Shown piece by piece: positions 12,235 to 25,199 of a stretch of 64,000 nt of DNA. How positions within the stretch are numbered: position 1 is the stretch's first letter; every line of letters begins with the position of its first letter. The position numbers and the translations under genes are program-made. The stretch spans positions 792,095,358-792,159,357 of the forward strand of contig NC_058130.1 in assembly GCF_016433145.1 (NCBI RefSeq). Reading direction: 5' to 3'. This stretch comes from Gracilinanus agilis (taxonomy: Eukaryota). The notes under the pieces were generated by a model. It had not been told where the DNA came from and searched no databases. It saw only the letters and a program-made list of their open reading frames with translations.

Positions 12235-15200
12235 CTTGACAATTCCCAACTCCTTTTAATCTTGCAGATGCATCACACATAATTTTATAGTCCCATTGCC
12301 CAAAGTTTAAGTTAAAACACCTAAAGCTACCTGTCTCTACTTGTTTACACACAATGTAAAGAGCTTGTTGAATCTGGGATGCCTAGAGTAGTAGCAGAAA
12401 GGATAGCCTATTTTAGATTTGAAAGAGCTGACAGGTGTCTTGGCTGTAATTTAAGTGGTTCAATGACTGAATCACTTGCTAGTGCTGTAAGGGGCTTAGT
12501 AATTTCCCATAGCAAGGGATTCGCTGTTTACCTAACCCTGTTGCTCCTAAAATTGCTCTTAACTGTTTCTTAATGGTAGGTTTTTCTTTTTTCTTTTTGT
12601 CTTTTTCTTTATGGACCTTAGAGACAAAAACAGCCTTACTCCTCAACTCCTCAATTTTTGAATACTTTCAGTGCACTTGGGGAAAATGGAAAAGGCACCA
12701 GCAGTCAAAATGCACCCTAAATATTCCACTTTGGGGAGACACCACTGAACCTTTTCCTTTGAGATCTTGTTGCCTCCTTTATGTAATTCTAAAAGAAGAT
12801 GTTTACTATCTTCTTGACATACTGTGGAATTTGGTGAGGCCAAGAGCAAATAACCCACATATTTAATTAATTGTCTGTTTTAAAATGTAGTATTATGTGT
12901 CATGGCTCAAAATTTGTGCAAAGAGGGTAGGACTTTACACATAACAGTGAGGCAGATGATCCCAAGTCCAGTGTAAACTTTTCCAGGTAAAGGCAAATAA
13001 ATTTCTGGAATCCTCTTGAATGGGTATCAAAAAAAAAGGCTGAGCAAAAGTCTACTACTTTAAAGTAGGTGGATGTACTGGGAATAGAGGAAATTGTTGT
13101 GTTTGGGTTTAAAACGACAGAATATTTTTATGACATGATTATTTACAGCCCTCAAATCTAGGAAAAATCGATATTGAACTTTTCCATCTGGGCCTATTTT
13201 TTACTTCTAACAGGTAAAGTAGGTGTATAGTATTCTGATTTGCATAAAATTATTATTCTTTGCTCAATGAATGAATTTATTACTCACTGAGTAATATGAG
13301 GGGTGATTCCCTCAATTGCTTCTTTTGATAGAGGTCACTGAGGAATGGAGGGAGCTGAACCTCCTTTTGTTTTAATCTGAACAGGAACAGCTGATTTAAG
13401 TAGGTCTACATCAGAAGAAGATGTGGCCCAAAAAGACTGAGGCATATTAGTAGGTATTCCCAAGGTGGGAGGATATTTCATCTCCTGGCTTTCTGAGAGA
13501 AGTACAGGAAGGAAATTTAAAGATTCCTCAGGTATTTCTAATGACATAAAGCCATCTGGAGAGCAAGTTATTGTGGCTCTAAGCTTCATAAAATATCTCT
13601 CCCCAACAAATTTATAGGGGATCCAGGCATTGAAAGAAAAGAATGCTCTATAGTTAGGTTTCCCATGCATACCATGAGAGGAGAATGTTTTAGGACCTTT
13701 TGAGGTGTTCCTGATAAACCTACTACATTTAGAGAGCCAATAGAATTACAGCTTTCATCTGGTTTACTCACTAGGATTGATTTTTATGGGCCTAAATCCA
13801 AAAGGCAATTATAGTATGAATTTCTCAGTTTTAAGGTTACATGAGGTTCATTGTGATGTGGTGGGAGGTATACGGATAATTGGCATTAAAATATCAGGGT
13901 CTAGAAAAATTAAAGGTTTCACTTTTTCATTCCAAGGCCCTTACTCTTTCTCCCCATCAAACCTTCATAATCTTTGGGTAATTCTTTGGGCTCCCCCAAG
14001 GGACATTAGAACCCTGAGTAGTTCGAAGGTGAGATCCCCTTAAGATAGACTGTTGTGGGGTAATTTGGTTTAACTTATCATTTTTCCAATTTATATTCCT
14101 AGAATTTTTATCAGTCCTAAAGTTGTGATTCCTGAAATCATTATTATAATTATTACTTCTACAATTATTTCTATAGTTATTATTCAATTGGGTATTATTT
14201 CTGATTGCCTGGAACAAATTCCTACAGTTCATAATTACATGGTCCTTCTTCTCACAGACGTGGCTGGTAAGGAATTGATAGATTCTTGGAGAAGAGCAAG
14301 TGCCATTGGTTGAGTATCATGCCCTTTTTCTTGTTTATCCATTCTTTCTCTTAAAGATATTAGTTCCTTCTGAATCTTGCCCAGGAAATCATTAGTCTCT
14401 TCTGTTTTCCTTTATGGACTTGAGAGAAAAAAACAGCAGTACTCCTCAACTCTTCAAGATCCAACTCAGGCCACCTTGGGCAATGCATTTTAAAGTAATC
14501 CTGGACCACTCTACAACACTTGTTGACAAATTGTACCCCTATTTGCCTAATATCCTTTTCAGTAGAAAGGTCCAGGTCCAGGTATCTACCTCCTAACTCA
14601 ATGAGACTATCCATGAATTGGAAGGGTGTGTCATCATCTCATTATGTAAGACATTCAAATTCGCCCTTTTGGAGCATTCTTTCATAGCTTTAAGAATGGC
14701 ATCCCTAGCACAATTTAATTGTACATATTCTTCAGAGTTATCATATTCCCATTTAGGATCCTGAGATGGCAAGTGTGCTCCCTTGTGCCCTTGGAGTTTG
14801 TTAACATGAGAGAGAATCTTATTCCTCTCACATTCTGTTAGGAAGGCCTGGAGCAATTTTTCAACATCTTTATAAGAAGGGTCATAGTGGAAAAAATCAG
14901 CCATCTTTTTTATTACTGATATTGGTTCTTCATAAGTAGGAGTATCTTGTTTTAATTCCTTAATATCTTGGGGTGAGAAAAACATATGTTGTTTTAATGT
15001 TATCACATCCCCATCATGTCCTATGTTGGACACTTACCTTAAGGGGAAAAGGCCATCATAGGAATCAGAATCAGCCTGTGGTCTTGGTTTCTTTGGAGTT
15101 GTTTTCATGCTTACCGAGACAGTATGGGTAGGAATTGGAATGGTAGGAAGACAAAGTTTTCTTGGAGCTGGTGTAAAGATGTAATACAGACCAGGGCATT

Positions 15201-15868
15201 CTGGAACTTTGTAGTTGGAACACTGAGGAGGCAGGACCAGTGACCATTGGTGAGGAGCAGAGGGTTCTGGGTCAGAAGAGCTAGAAGGAACAGCTTTGGA
15301 GGGATGCCAAGGTGGGAAGGGATTGTATTTGGGCTGTGTGACCCTCTGAAGTGAGCCCTGGAGGTTTTTCCTCAGACTTCCTAAGAAGACTTGCAGTTAC
15401 TCTGGATTTATGCTGGTTCCTGAAGTTCATTGAACATCCAATAACAGCTTCAATTGAGTTGGGCAGGGGTGTCTGGACTTCTGTTGGGGAGCTGGTCCCT
15501 GGACCCCATTTGTTTTGAGCTTTGCCCTACAGTATCCCCTATGAATGTAATATCATTCATAGTATAGATATAATCTTGGCCATAGGACAATGAAGCTGCA
15601 TTTGAGGAAACAAAAATGAGATTCTCAGCATCTGAATCTCTGTGAATACCTGGCATAGTCAATGACAGGGGGAGATTAGGAAATTACCCTACACCCTCTT
15701 TCATGTGAACCCCATTTCCATTTCTTTGTTATCAATTTTTAAATTAAAACCCTTTAGTTCTCTAGTCAGATCTGTGTGTATCCTTTTGGTGGGAGGCAGA
15801 GTGAGCAATTTAAGGAAGGGAGGCAGGCTGACCTCCATTTTAGCCTGACTTATAGCTGGGAAATAGGG
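12235..15868 (-). mobile_element. Class I (gamma/epsilon-like) ERV internal region gag-pro-RT, defective (ERV-A, left copy)
   Basis: p30 capsid-like ORF 14593-15033 (PSYKDVEKLL...ERNKI...DPKWEYN); degenerate CCHC knuckle at about 14225-14265; protease NLLGRD motif (13586-13771); RT fragments (KVQWCLPKVEYLG). No RNase H/IN/env or 3' LTR seen. Confidence 0.88.
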
Positions 15869-17820
15869 TGTAAAAGTGAAATTTGGGAGATGCTATCTAA
15901 AAGTATATATATTTTCTATGGACACGTGGAAATTGTCAAACTACATTTCCTGTGGTCCAACGGGTTTCCGTTTCCGGTTCTTTGGGCGTGGGGACGCCTG
16001 CGTCTCCACAAAGAGAAGAATTTAAATCTCCTGGGTTAGGGAGGAGTGGTCTCTTGGCCAGCAGACTCGGGAGGAGATGGGAGACAATAATGGCGTGGGC
16101 GGCAATTTTGAATTCTTACAAGCGTGTGGTCTAATAACTTTATCTATCAGTATGGCTTTAATTAAAATACTAATATATAATATTATTTCAGTCATAATTA
16201 TTTTTAATATTTATAATTTTGGCAACCTTACGAAGTTTGGAAATCGAATTTTCAATTTTCCAGATAGCCTTTCAGAAATGATAGCCATGGCTGCTTTTTG
16301 ACCGTCTGGCTCAGCTCTTTTGAGCACTTTTTTAAAAGGGAAAGTGACTTTCCTTGCCATGCTTTTGCTAATAGCAACAGCATGTTTTTGCCTCTAGTGG
16401 GACTCAGCCAGCCAGTCCAGCCCAAACCACCTTTGGAGGGAGGTCAGGCCAGCCGATTTGGGCTTTTGGCTTTAAACTAAAAGGCCAGAGCCCAGCCAGT
16501 GTGTCTCTGCCATTGATCTCCATTCCTGCCATGCTACAAGCCTGCCAGTGTTCCAATCCCTGTGATCTCTGAGCTGCTTTTCTTGCTGCTGATGCTGCTA
16601 GTGCTGACCTTCCACTACAATCCCAAGCCCCAACAGAGAGGCCCCCCAACTGCTGCCTTTGCCGAGATCTCGATCTCCAGAGACTGCTTCAGCTCTATCG
16701 CTAAAGATTTTGGTAGTATATTCCCCTTTCTCCCTATTTCTAGCCCTCCACGTGTTTCTCTAAAGACCTAATTTAGCCACCCACACAAGCTCAACATGTG
16801 GGATTTTCTACAAAACTGACTTTAAGCTTTTCTCCACTAACCCCAAGCCCAAGTGGACGCTATCCTCTGGACCTAGCAACTAGCGTTTACCCTTAATGGG
16901 GCAGAATGGCCTATTCAGACTTGCTTGTGATTAAAAACTGAACTCAGGGGAAGAAATATTCACCCCCATACCTGCTCAGAACTTTGAACTTTAAAAAAAA
17001 CCTTAAACTCAGCAGAACTCAATCAAAAGAACCTTAAATTGAACCAGGGGTAAACTTTTAAAACCTCGGAACTGAATGAGCTTTATTTCTGTTTTTTATA
17101 GAGACTATCTTACTGTATTTTGCTAATTAGTGTTTTGTAAATTAATCTTGCTTATTTCGTTGATTTTCCTGTTACACTGAATCATTTTAAGTTAATGTAG
17201 TTTGTGGCTGCTAATTCTGTTATGATTTTATTGTAACTCCCAAATAATGAGAGAAATCTATTAGAACTGGTAAGAGGTTTTGACCAGCTTGTTGATCTGA
17301 TACTACTGGATTTATAGAGCACATATCTTTTAAAATTTACTGTCTTGGTAATTGCAAAGAACCTTGAAAGTTTCCATGCTTTGAATATTACCTTGTAATT
17401 TTACAAGAGGTATTTTTTAACTTTTACTTTAAATCCTTAAGAATTGTTGTCTTAAAGGATAAGCTTTTATATATTTTATTATAAGAGAAATTATTGCCTT
17501 AAATGGGTAGAAGCATTTCCTACCCAGGATTTTGTAAAACAGGAAGCCAAGGAGCTCCTGTATATTCTTATCTGAGGATGATTATACCAGAAGGTTTCTT
17601 TTTAAATATCATGTTTTGCTATGGAAGCAATAACAGAATTTGTTGAGAAACTCTTAGCCAAGATTAAAAGTTGTAACAAGTAAATGATTTTAAACATCAT
17701 TGTTTTAAAATGTGCTATTGGAAATTATGGTACTCTATCTGAATGTGCATTGTGAATCTGCTATTTTGTAAAACCCACTTTCTCTCACAGAGAACCTCAT
17801 TTTAGGTAACATAACCCTTC
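15869..17820 (+). mobile_element. Second ERV (ERV-B): 5' LTR about 15869-16216, PBS, then leader/internal sequence running toward the gap
   Basis: Starts with TGTAAAAG exactly where similarity to the duplicate stops. ATTAAA signal near 16160. tggcaaccttacgaag (16220-16235) resembles the tRNA-Arg PBS TGGCGACCACGAAGGG. Confidence 0.6.
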
Positions 17821-17826
17821 TAGTTC

Positions 17827-17830
<4 letters not shown>

Positions 17831-17890
<60 letters not shown>
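17831..17890. repeat. (CT)n(AT)n microsatellite at a contig end
   Basis: Read directly; abuts the N gap. Confidence 0.95.
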
Positions 17891-18390
17891 NNNNNNNNNN
17901 NNNNNNNNNNNNNNNNNNNNNNNNNNNNNNNNNNNNNNNNNNNNNNNNNNNNNNNNNNNNNNNNNNNNNNNNNNNNNNNNNNNNNNNNNNNNNNNNNNNN
18001 NNNNNNNNNNNNNNNNNNNNNNNNNNNNNNNNNNNNNNNNNNNNNNNNNNNNNNNNNNNNNNNNNNNNNNNNNNNNNNNNNNNNNNNNNNNNNNNNNNNN
18101 NNNNNNNNNNNNNNNNNNNNNNNNNNNNNNNNNNNNNNNNNNNNNNNNNNNNNNNNNNNNNNNNNNNNNNNNNNNNNNNNNNNNNNNNNNNNNNNNNNNN
18201 NNNNNNNNNNNNNNNNNNNNNNNNNNNNNNNNNNNNNNNNNNNNNNNNNNNNNNNNNNNNNNNNNNNNNNNNNNNNNNNNNNNNNNNNNNNNNNNNNNNN
18301 NNNNNNNNNNNNNNNNNNNNNNNNNNNNNNNNNNNNNNNNNNNNNNNNNNNNNNNNNNNNNNNNNNNNNNNNNNNNNNNNNNNNNNNNNN
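17891..18390. other. Assembly gap, exactly 500 N
   Basis: Round size suggests a fixed placeholder scaffold join; true size and contig orientation unknown. Confidence 0.95.
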
Positions 18391-19171
18391 TCCAGACCCA
18401 GCACTCAATCCACTACAACATCTAGGCAGTCAGCATGTTCAGAGCAATAGTAGAGAATGAGATAATGCTTGAAGGAAAGATTTTGGTTGGTTCCCTTTAC
18501 ATATTAAATTAGGATTTAAAGTTGTGTATGGAAGGGGATTTTAATTTGATATGAGATAGGGTCCTATATTGAATATCTCTGTACATAATTTTCATCTCCA
18601 TTGAAAATCTGATTATTCTTGGAACCTTGACGAAGGAAATTCACAATGAAAATTCCCTTCCTATGCCATTAATTATTCAAATAATTAAAGACTGTAAAAG
18701 CGAGAACAGGACTTAGATGTCATTTGAAGAGAAAATAAGAGAAGTCTGTCAATGCTCAAGTATAGCCACTAAGTCTTTGTGGATTTCTGGTGTAGTATAG
18801 GTGTGTGTGGGGTCCATGGCTGAAAATTAGTTGTAAGTCAAGTTAGGGAGAAAAGGATATTTTTAATTGTAAGTAAGGGGGTGAGGGGAGGAAACTATGA
18901 CTTTGTATCAGAACCAAGTTACCAGAGTAGACACTTAATATAAGTTCATTTAATACTTGATACATTTTTTAAAAAGACATTCTGATCCTGGGATGACTGT
19001 AGTGGCTTGGAGCTTATGCTCATGAGTAAATAGTCAGCACACAATGGAGTTCCAAATGGCCAAAAATGACCAACTGATCCACAAAAATTTAACCAGCCCT
19101 CTATGAAGTACCAAGAGGCATAACCAATTCCTTCACTCATAAAACACTGAGATGCTTCTTGTCCCCTACAG

Positions 19172-20097
19172 ATATGCAGCATTGTACGAAGTGTCCTGAA
19201 GATGAGTATCCAAACAAGGAGAGAGATCACTGCCTCCCCAAAGCCATTACCTTCCTGGATATCAAAGAACCTCTGGGAATGACTCTAGCCTGTGTGGCTC
19301 TTTTCTTCTCTGTGCTCACAGCTCTGATTCTCAGGGTGTTTGTGAAGTTCTGTGACACACCTATAGTGAAAGCCAATAACAGGACCCTCAGCTACACTCT
19401 CCTCATCTCCCTCACTTTGTGTTTCCTCTGCTCCTTGCTCTTCATTGGCCGTCCCACTGCAGCCATCTGCCTCCTCCGACAAACAACTTTTGGGCTTGTC
19501 TTCACTGTGGCTGTTTCTTCCATTTTAGCAAAAACAATTTTGGTACTTCTGGCCTTCAAGTTTACAATACCAGGGAGTAGAAACAAGATTTGGCTACAAT
19601 CTGGAGTGTCCACCTGTATTGTACTCCTTTGCTCTGGGATTCAAGTGACTCTGTGTTGCATCTGGCTTGGAATCTCTCCCCCCTTCCCAGACACAGACAT
19701 ACATTCTGAACCCAATCAAATCATTGTGGAATGTAATGAAGGTTCTGTGTTTGGTTTCTACTGTGTCTTGGGCTACATTGGCTTCCTAGCCCTGGGGAGC
19801 TTCCTGGTGGCTTTCCTGGCCAGGAGCCTGCCTGACACCTTCAATGAAGCCAAGTTGATCACCTTCAGCATGCTGGTGTTCTGCAGTGTGTGGGTCTCCT
19901 TCTTGTCCACATACCAGAGCACCAAGGGCAAAGCCATGGTGGTGGTAGAGATCTTCTCCATCCTGGCCTCCAGTGCTGGCTTACTAAGCTGCATCTTTAT
20001 TCCCAAGTGTTATGTGCTTTTGCTGAGGCCCAATGAGAACACTCAGGAATGTATAAGAAATAAACCCAACTGCAAGAGTGAGAAGCATTTGACTTGA
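19172..20097 (+). CDS. V2R terminal exon 6 (end of Cys-rich domain plus 7TM), open frame, upstream exons not visible
   Basis: Acceptor cctacag| at 19171; [24 protein letters not shown]...[12 protein letters not shown]...CNEGS...[16 protein letters not shown]...[16 protein letters not shown] at 20095-20097. Confidence 0.95.
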
Positions 20098-21529
20098 GAA
20101 ATTGAAAGGATTAGCAAATGATTTATTATGGAAATCCATGGAAAGACACTTACCCAATCTGGTGACTCAGTTCTTGAAGTAGCTCACTTGCTTTGTTATC
20201 CAATTAAGTGTCTAGTACAGATTTTTTCCTATGAGAAAATTTTTCAATTTTGGAAACTGAGAAAAAAACATATTATACTCTTTGAACCTAGCCCTCTGTA
20301 AGTCTCTAATGTATCACTGAATTGCAAATCAGATTACTTATAATGTACAGTTTATTTTAATTAATTGTTCCTATATAATGAATTGATTTTTTTAAATATA
20401 TAAAAGTATATGTTCTATTGTGGTTAAAGTCCAGCTCTAGGATGATGGAGAGGACCTTGTCCTGATCTGTTGGGCCATTGAATTTATTATACATACACTG
20501 ATTGAAGGAAATGGAAATGGTAATCCTGTAAAAAAAATATTTAGGTGGAGATTAAAGATATTTTCAAGTGCTAGAAGACTGGATATAGAAATGCTGAAGA
20601 GGAGAATGGATTAAGGTGATAGAGTTGTAGATTCCAGTATAAAGTGAAGACATCATAACAGAGATGATTCAAAATGCAATGAATTATCCCAGGAGGTGTT
20701 GACATGTGCAGCAATGAACTTTAATTGGTGACTGAGATCATATGGGGGTTTGGATGCTCAAATTCTCTTTGAAATATGGATTAGATTAAATGCCTTCTGA
20801 AGTCCTTATATCTCTCAAATCCTTGTGTATTTTTCACTTCTCTAGGATAGTCATTTGTGTCATGGTGGGGCTTCAAGGTGAGTAAAATTTCAAGTTTTTG
20901 GAGGAACCATTGTCAAGGGAGATTTCTGCTCCTGAATATTGGCCAGATCTGATGATTTTGGAGAGACTTTTCACCTCTGATATTTTATTCTGTTATAAGT
21001 CTCTACTACCAAATTACTGTGATAGGGAAGTTGGTATAGAAAGGGCGGAAAACTTGTAGGCAATTCATGGCAAGAGACAGTACCTAGAAGAGATTACTCA
21101 GAACCCTAACTTGTGCCAGGATTAGACTGCATTTCCCAAGGTTATAGTAATCCACTTACAGTGAGTATCATGGTTAATAGCATTAGATTTTGAATCAGGA
21201 AAACCTCAGTTCAAATATTTCTCAGACACTTGTTAGCTATGTGATTACCTCTTCATACATGAAATGGGGACAATAATATTACCTCCTTCAAAGGTCTTTT
21301 GAGAATCAAATGTGATAATATATACAGTGTTCATATATATATGTATGTATATATCCATTAAGATTATGGGTCTTACAACCTCTTGGTCTGTTATGTCTGA
21401 GGGTTTCTGATCTTGCCACTTCACAATGACTTCTGCCTGAAGCCCAGAATCACTTCAAGGAGAATTATACCTGATGTAAAAGCATGTCTCAGCCCCAGGG
21501 TCCATATAGCCACTTGCTGGTACAGGAAC

Positions 21530-21740
21530 ACCCATGTTTCACCAGCTGAGGAGGAAGAAATATTATAAACAGATAAATTAAGCTTCTCAATTAATTCAAA
21601 GTTTGTTTAGTCCCATGAGCTTTACCAGGAATAGGGAAAGAGATATAAAAGCATATTTTCCCTTTCTATTTTGGTTCTCCTTTTGGACTCAATGACAGAG
21701 GTGGAGATGCCTCAGGCAGAGATGGTCCCAAGCAATTCTC
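21530..21740 (+). promoter_or_regulatory. Non-coding block conserved upstream of all three V2R exon 1 copies (candidate promoter/5' UTR)
   Basis: Aligns with 50210-50402 and the reverse complement of about 9870-10090. Contains E-box cagctg (about 21543), O/E-like tcccatgag (21611-21619) and tataaaa (21644-21650). Function inferred. Confidence 0.4.
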
Positions 21741-22051
21741 CTTGGCTGAGGATGAAGACTGATGTCAGGGAAAATGCAGAAACTCTTAAAAACAAGAATA
21801 TTAAGAAAGTTTCTAATCTAAGAAACAGTGATGCTTAAATACTCCTCTCCTTCCATCACTCCCCCAAACAAATGCCTGGCTGATGTTTATTTGTGTTTCT
21901 GTAGGCACATAAAATCGGTCTTGGCACTCAGAGGTGATTTTTCAGATACTGGACATTCTCCATCATGACAAGACCAAAGAGGTGACAGTGTGCTAGACTA
22001 ACCACTAATTGACTACCTGTAAGCTTGGGACTTTAACTGATATTCACAGAG

Positions 22052-22299
22052 ATGCTGCCCACAATTCAGAGAAAAAATTCCTATATGATTCCTTTCCTCC
22101 TGGTAATGCTTTTACAGCTCTCAACTTCTGTGCACAAGACAGAGAAGCCTCTTTGTTTCCTAAAAACCAGTCCCAGCCTTTCCAGGGATGGAGACCTAGT
22201 TATTGGGAGCTTTTTCCCCATGCATTCTGTAGAAGTGAGTAATGACATAGGAGAAAGTCTTTTTCAAAGTCATCCTGACAAGAGTTGTAGAGATTACAA
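22052..22299 (+). pseudogene. V2R paralog C exon 1
   Basis: ATG 22052; 248 nt; donor aa|gtaagt; MLPTIQ...SLSRDGDLVIGSFFPMH; clear paralog of 9299-9546. Confidence 0.88.
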
Positions 22300-24273
22300 G
22301 TAAGTGTCTGCCTGATTATCTCATGAAGTTCTCCTTATTATTGTGATGCTGACAAAAATGCTGAGAGCTGGGACTTCATCCTATTTTCTTTCATATTCTC
22401 TCTGGGATCTGTGTCAGATCTAGGTATATGATTCAACCAGCTGGCAGTGCCTTTTGATTGATCTAATGGAATTTTTTAAGTAAAGCATTTTGTAAATCTC
22501 AAAGAAACTAATGAATACCAATGAACCTCAGTTTCTCCAGTATAAAGTGGAGATAAAAGCATCAACACCCCAGGGTTTTTGTGAATCTCAACAGAGATCA
22601 CATATGAAAAGTGATTTACTAACTCTATAACTACTAGCTATTAATAGTATTATTAACTTCTCTAGGACTCAATTTCTTTCCATGTAAAATTGTGCCTAAC
22701 TCCCAGGGTTGTGGGGGTGCCTCATTAGTATCTTCTGTCAAGTTCAGGCCCCCTGCATTACTGACAGCTCTCTGGATGGTTGAATTGAAAGTTTTATTCT
22801 TCCTTTACTACCTCTGGGAAACTGTGGAAACATAGCAATTATTTAATGTGTCAAAATTCAAAATCAAAAGAGAAATGGGCAAGAATATGGCCTCAGGAAC
22901 CAGAGTTTTGGCTTTCCAAATCCAGAACCTTCTCCAGGGGTGTTTGTGTTCCAGTAGTGTCATGGTGAAATAACTTAGGAGTTCTAGAGCTAAAAGATGT
23001 ACATGGCTAGGAGATGTGAGCTGAATGAGAATGGGAAACGTTTGACTAAAATGTTTATCTATTAACCACTATTTACTAAAAACTATTATTTTAACTATTT
23101 AAAAATAGTCAATGTATGACTGGGCATTTTCTTATGAACTTCTGTTTCTGCATGTCTGCATCTACCCTTCTATCTCTTTATCCATTATAATCTGTTTCCT
23201 GTTTTCTCCACTCATCTGCCTTCCTTTGCTTAGTGGGTTGATCTTCAGTCAATCATCAAAATATGGAAACAGTTTCTATTACATCATATTATACTATATA
23301 ATTCTCTTTTTATATTCTCCTCCCTTATGTGTAAGTTTATTTTTCACTTCCTGCTCAGAATTTATCCTGGTTGAGAGCTGGGGGTGGTGGGTGCTGTTCC
23401 CTCCACACCTGATGAGTTTTTAAAAAGTGCCTGGAAAACTTCACTTTGACTGATTTGTAGATAACAACAGGGAAGTGGTTTTTCATGGGGCAAAACTGCC
23501 TTGCAATCCAAATTCTAATGGAAAGGCACAAGAATATGGGAATGGTTTGCCTGAAGAGTCAATTATTCAAGTACTTCTTTAGCTCCATTGCTTACCAGGC
23601 ACTGTTCTAGGAGCAGCTGAGAAGAAATCAGCACTAAGAAATTAACCATCCCAACTTATCAGGAATTTATATTTTAATTAAGGAGACAATATTTTCATAT
23701 AAAATGCACAGTGCATGAAAAGAATCTCTATTAATATACTGTTATTTTCAATGATATTAATTGTATTGGAGTTTGTGTGAGTCCATTTCATGTTTTTCTG
23801 GCAAACATAATAATGGAGAGGTTGGTTTGTTACTTACTTCTCCAGCTCATTTTACATATGAGGGAACTGAGGAAAAAAGGGTGTTAATTAACTTGCCTAA
23901 AGTCACAGAGCTGAATTTGAACTCAAGTCTTCTTGATTGTAAGCCTGGTATTGTTTATACTGACATAATATAGAATGGAAGCAAGAGAAGTTGGGAAGAT
24001 CAAGATTCATGTAAAAACAGCCTCCAAATTTGTGCTTAAGCCATAACTTAAACAAATACAGGGTCTTTAGGAACTGAAAGGAAATATTTGTGCATATATT
24101 GTTTCTCCAATTAGAATAGAAGTTCATTCAGGCAGGGAATGTTCCTTTTCTTTTTGTCCCCAGGATTATGGAAGGTCTGGAACATATTAAATGCTAAAAA
24201 AATGTTTGTAGATCGAGTGTAACAAATTTTATTTGTGTATTTTGTTCTTAGTTTCCTACTCTCTATCACTCAG

Positions 24274-24568
24274 GTGGCTGCGCAAAAATTACCAGCTGAT
24301 TCTGGTCCTGGTATTTGCTGTGGAGGAGATCAACAGGGATCTCAATCTGTTACCCAATATTTCTAGCCTGAGATTCCATGTTTACAATGCCTACCACAGT
24401 GATGAGAGAACCCTGGAGAGCTCCCTGAAGTGGCTGTCTGGGCAGGGCCAGCTCATCCCTAACTATAGCTGCTTGTGGCAGGACCAGCCTGTGGGTATCA
24501 TTGGAGGAGCCACATCAGCTCTGTCTGTCCAGATGGGGACACTGCTGGAGCTCTACAAGTTTCCACAA
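24274..24568 (+). pseudogene. V2R paralog C exon 2
   Basis: cag| acceptor; 295 nt; WLRKNYQLILVLVFAVEEINRDLNLLPNISSL...LELYKFPQ; weak donor caa|gtgggg. Confidence 0.9.
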
Positions 24569-25199
24569 GTGGGGGATACTGAGCCAATCACCTTCTGTGC
24601 TTTTCTGAAACCACTCAGTCTTGGGAATCATAGAGTATCTTTTAGTAATGACCAGACAGTAATGACTGAAGATAGAATTTATTATTTAACTTTTAGTGTG
24701 CTTAAGCATCCTAGAGATAAGCTAGAGCAAAGTGCCTCTCTCTCTCCAGCAGAGTCTGAAGATGTCCCTGTGCAGCTGCTTTCCCAAGGTCAAACAGCTC
24801 CTTGCAAGCAGAACTAAGACAAGAGCCCAAATGCCCTGACTTGTAGTTCAGTAGTGAGTATGATATAAAAAATTTTAAATTTAGATGACTAGAAGGATAT
24901 TATTATTCTCAACAGAAATAGGGTAATTAGGAGAAGGGAAAAAGTTCAGGAAGGCTTAGTTTGAGGGTGGGGAATAGTGAGTTAATTTGGGAATGATGGA
25001 GTTTAAAATGAATTAAGATGTAGGACATTCAGTTTACAATGTCTAATAGTCAACTGGTGATGCAAGACCTGAGGCCAGGAGAGAGGGTGGGGATGGAAAA
25101 ATAAATACATAATGTTATTAATGTAGAAGTGACAAGACTTCTAATTGTATATTAGGGAGATTAAAGGAAGGTAGCCTAACATGACTTTGATACTATGAA

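Larger units (their letters stand above)
4870..15868. repeat. Left arm of an approximately 11 kb inverted segmental duplication (partner 44663-54963)
   Basis: Colinear reverse-complement match across old L1, V2R exon 2, intron 1, exon 1, upstream region and ERV. Hand count: 7 mismatches in 120 nt at 52561-52680 vs about 7150-7275. Confidence 0.95.

Noticed and set aside
17797-18408. Long ORFs spanning N runs (also 56677-57622 and 59180-59752 in part)
   Set aside because: Artifacts of translating gaps as X.
19159-19171. ORF-track start 'MSPT' as the N-terminus of a standalone 7TM gene
   Set aside because: It is a TTG in the intron's pyrimidine tract; the true boundary is the AG acceptor at 19170-19171.
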